The notes below the pieces were generated by a model. It saw only the letters and a list, made by a program, of their open reading frames with translations, searched no databases and had not been told where the DNA came from. The translations under genes and the position numbers were made by a program. Below, piece after piece: positions 63,648-64,000 of a stretch of 64,000 nt of DNA; the stretch's first letter is position 1, and every line of letters starts with the position of its first letter. Source of the DNA: Octopus sinensis (lineage: Eukaryota); assembly GCF_006345805.1 (NCBI RefSeq), contig NC_043014.1:14322001-14386000 (forward strand), in the 5' to 3' direction.

Positions 63648-64000
63648 TGACTGAGTGAACAATACTTGCCATCAAAGTGACACTGGGGTAAAATATACGA
63701 AGCTCAGTATACCCATTATGACTACCCGTCTGATAAAGGTATACCAGACACATGCATCACAACCATATATGAGCGACATGGTGATCTCATTTCAAGATAA
63801 ACAGTGCATAACCTTGCAGGTGGGACCCAGTTAAAATTTTCTCCAGGTTGAGCAGCCCATCCCGCTCAAAAGGTTCTTGAATAAGGGTTATTTAAGGATG
63901 TTGAACGAAACACCCATGTTTTCAGAGGTGAATTACCCAAATTTCAAAGAATTCCTCTCAACACATGGCTATGATGCTCCCCAACTAGTTCTGCGCGTGA
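63648..64000 (-). mobile_element. (TAA)n-tailed interspersed repeat, running off the window
   Basis: Homologous to 28486-28720 and overlapping the repeat pieces at 43520-43690 and 49750-49930. Confidence 0.6.

Overview
AT-rich, microsatellite-saturated animal genomic DNA. The SINE and repeat repertoire looks like an octopod cephalopod (Octopus sp.); this is recognition from memory, not a database result. Two host genes are supported: a two-coding-exon galactose-3-O-sulfotransferase-family gene (18056-18220 + 24146-25267, +, 428 aa) and an intronless 316-aa orphan class A GPCR (36396-37346, +). There is also an NRF1/ETS promoter-like island at about 9.25 kb. The rest is mostly mobile DNA: three tRNA-derived SINE families, mariner/maT/DD41D/Tigger relics, hAT MITEs and Helitron-like elements. 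Two systems stand out. (1) At least seven hammerhead-ribozyme (HHR) motifs from several families lie in short non-coding elements, often as head-to-head inverted pairs. One is a complete extended type I HHR (3913-3991). Another is a tRNA(Thr)-headed, HHR-bearing element inserted as an inverted dimer with a 15-bp target-site duplication (59578-60163). (2) Three non-LTR retrotransposon types each sit in a different microsatellite: a Tx1/L1-like LINE in (ATCT)n (six copies, three in tandem, with a partner SINE sharing its 3' end), an RLE element in (CATA)n and an R4/Dong-like element in (TAA)n. All structures were folded and aligned by eye; none was tested computationally.
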